A stretch of DNA of 63,992 nt, counting the filler, from Olpidium bornovanus S191 (lineage: Eukaryota; Fungi; Olpidiomycota), in assembly GCA_017911155.1 (NCBI GenBank). It is 32 parts of 32 records of this genome, joined end to end, with 100 filler letters (N's around TTAATTAATTAA, not from the genome) between each part and the next. Parts side by side here need not be neighbours in the genome. Positions count along the whole stretch, not along the records: positions 62,476 to 63,992 come from JAEFCI010000489.1; 31 more parts are not named here. One strand, written 5' to 3'. The notes beneath the pieces were generated by a model. That model made no database searches and had not been told where the DNA came from. It worked only from the letters and a program-made list of their open reading frames with translations. A program made the position numbers and the translations under genes. This document shows positions 62,476 through 63,992 of the stretch, piece by piece; position 1 is the first letter of the stretch, and the number at the start of each line of letters is the position of its first letter.

Positions 62476-63850
62476 CATGCAATGCAGCTTCACAAGCGGC
62501 TGTGGAAGCGATGACCAGCTCGGCTTCCGTCAACTAAAATGCGGTGCACAGTTGCTTCGTCAGTTTTTAAGCAATGAGATTTCTATTACTAAAATGATAA
62601 ATCCAGTAATGGGCTCCCTATCCACGGAATTTTGAATCCCGACATTCCCTGATATATCGCCACCGGTATAGAGGAATTTCAGCCTTTCCGTGCGGACGAA
62701 CTCGGCAAACGCTATCCGAGGAGGGGCTGGAAAAGCGAAAGCCTCGGAGAGACTGACGGCAAAAAGAGGTAAGGCTCGGTCGGGACGCGTTTTCAGCCAG
62801 AAATATCCCCGTTTGCTGAGAAAACGTTTTTTCATGGCGAAACAAGACGGGCGGATCGATGCGCAATAAGAAATTGGCCGAGACGCGGCGGGAAGACAGG
62901 GAAAAAGCGAGGGGCGAAACAGGAGAACAGACCCCGGCGGCAAATATAGAAGCCCCCCCACAACGTAGAATTTGCCAGTGAAAAAAGAACAGCCGCATAG
63001 AAGGCGGGCAAGCCGCGAGACGTGTCGCTTCGAGGGAAACAGAGAGAGACGAAGAGAGAAAGAGTCAAGCATGGGGACGGAGGATTGAAGGCTTGAGATT
63101 ACAAAAAGCGTGTAGAGGAAAGGAAATGCCAGACGAACGAACGGAGAGAGACAAAGCCACCCGTCCACTGGCGTCGCTGCCCCTAGAAAAGCCGCGGGGA
63201 TTAAGGACTCGCTGTCAATGATAATAATTGAGTTACTGATCCAACATTGGGAAACATCACTCCGTAGCACACTGTTTTATTCAAGCATTGCAAAACACGC
63301 TTTAGCGCACACCAACGTCCTAACAATGGATTGGCCATAAATTCTGCGAAGAAACAGGTGCTCCTTGGAATGTCAGGACGTGTTCCAGATGCCAAATACA
63401 TCAGGCACCCGTCCACTGGCGTCACTGCCTTTAGAAAGCCGCGGGGATTAAGGACGGCTGTCAATGATAAGAATTAAGTTACTGATCCAACATTGAAAAA
63501 CATCACTCCGTAGCACACTGTTTTATTCAAGCATTTGCAAAACACGCTTTAGCGCACACAAACGTCCTAACAATGGATTGGCCATAAATTCTGCGAAGAA
63601 ACAGGTGCTCCTTGGAATGTCAGGACGTGTCCAGATGCCAAATGCATCAGGCTGCCAACAAGTTTAATGAGGGCGTGGATTGGCTAAAAGGATCACATGG
63701 CCAAAAAATGGCTGCCGTCGACAATTCGGCGAAATGTTTTCCAAGTTCTTTTGGAATAGTCAATCATAGCCAGAATCGAGCATCTTAACGTAAAGTCGAG
63801 AAGGCACGCTTGTAATACATTTCATATGAAAATCTGTGCACGAGCGAAGC
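62476..63850 (-). mobile_element. Rearranged Ty1/copia RT-RNase H remnant
   Basis: KLVGSLMHLA.GTRPDI...FMANP...W.ALKRVL..L.KT..YGVMF occurs twice, then an SDA-like motif, an insert of about 535 nt, and DREPITGFII...KQ.CTA..LTEAELVIASTAACEA (RNase H). Confidence 0.88.
63159..63652. repeat. Head-to-tail tandem duplication, units of 248 and 246 bp
   Basis: 63159-63406 and 63407-63652 align end to end with scattered substitutions and small indels. Confidence 0.95.
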
Positions 63851-63992
63851 GGGCAGCACCGTTTTCCGCTGCATGCATCCTCGTGGACCGGCTCTTCCCC
63901 TCGAAACGTTCCGCTCTGTGAAGGGGAGGCGCGACCGGAGGCCGCTCCCGTCGACGCGGAAAGCGAGATTTCAGAAACGGAGACGCAGCCGG

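Overview
This window is not a contiguous locus. It is 32 short contigs (about 1.0-3.9 kb) joined by 31 artificial 100-nt linkers (44 N + TTAATTAATTAA + 44 N), so gene neighbourhood is meaningful only within a contig. The source is a GC-rich, intron-rich eukaryote. The gene set is fungal, and CotH, a Gap1-type RasGAP and a family-A polymerase tail point to an early-diverging (non-Dikarya) fungus. The fragmentation and CATG-terminated contigs suggest an amplified low-input draft. An Olpidium-like root parasite would fit, but that is inference only. Recognisable and mostly partial spliced genes: SUB2, HOG1, ACC1, TMEM234, MYO2, NOT3/5, RasGAP, carnitine acyltransferase, a PAS protein, EGD1, a degenerate DnaJ, a cation/Ca2+ exchanger, RAD17, CLA4, SEC62, PLPBP, a GH32 invertase, CotH, a DEAD-box helicase, a PolA tail and a CorA Mg2+ transporter. 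There are also several Ty1/copia and gag remnants. The most striking signal is contig 7840-9768. It pairs an intronless PrimPol-like primase ORF with an AT-rich, frameshifted remnant of a protein-primed family-B DNA polymerase of the Polinton/Maverick type, which suggests an endogenous Polinton-like or viral element; the ORF track does not reveal this. Contigs 12284-13907, 28949-30155 and 52650-53857 remain largely unexplained. No rRNA, tRNA or CRISPR array was seen. All family calls come from motif recognition by eye, with no database search.
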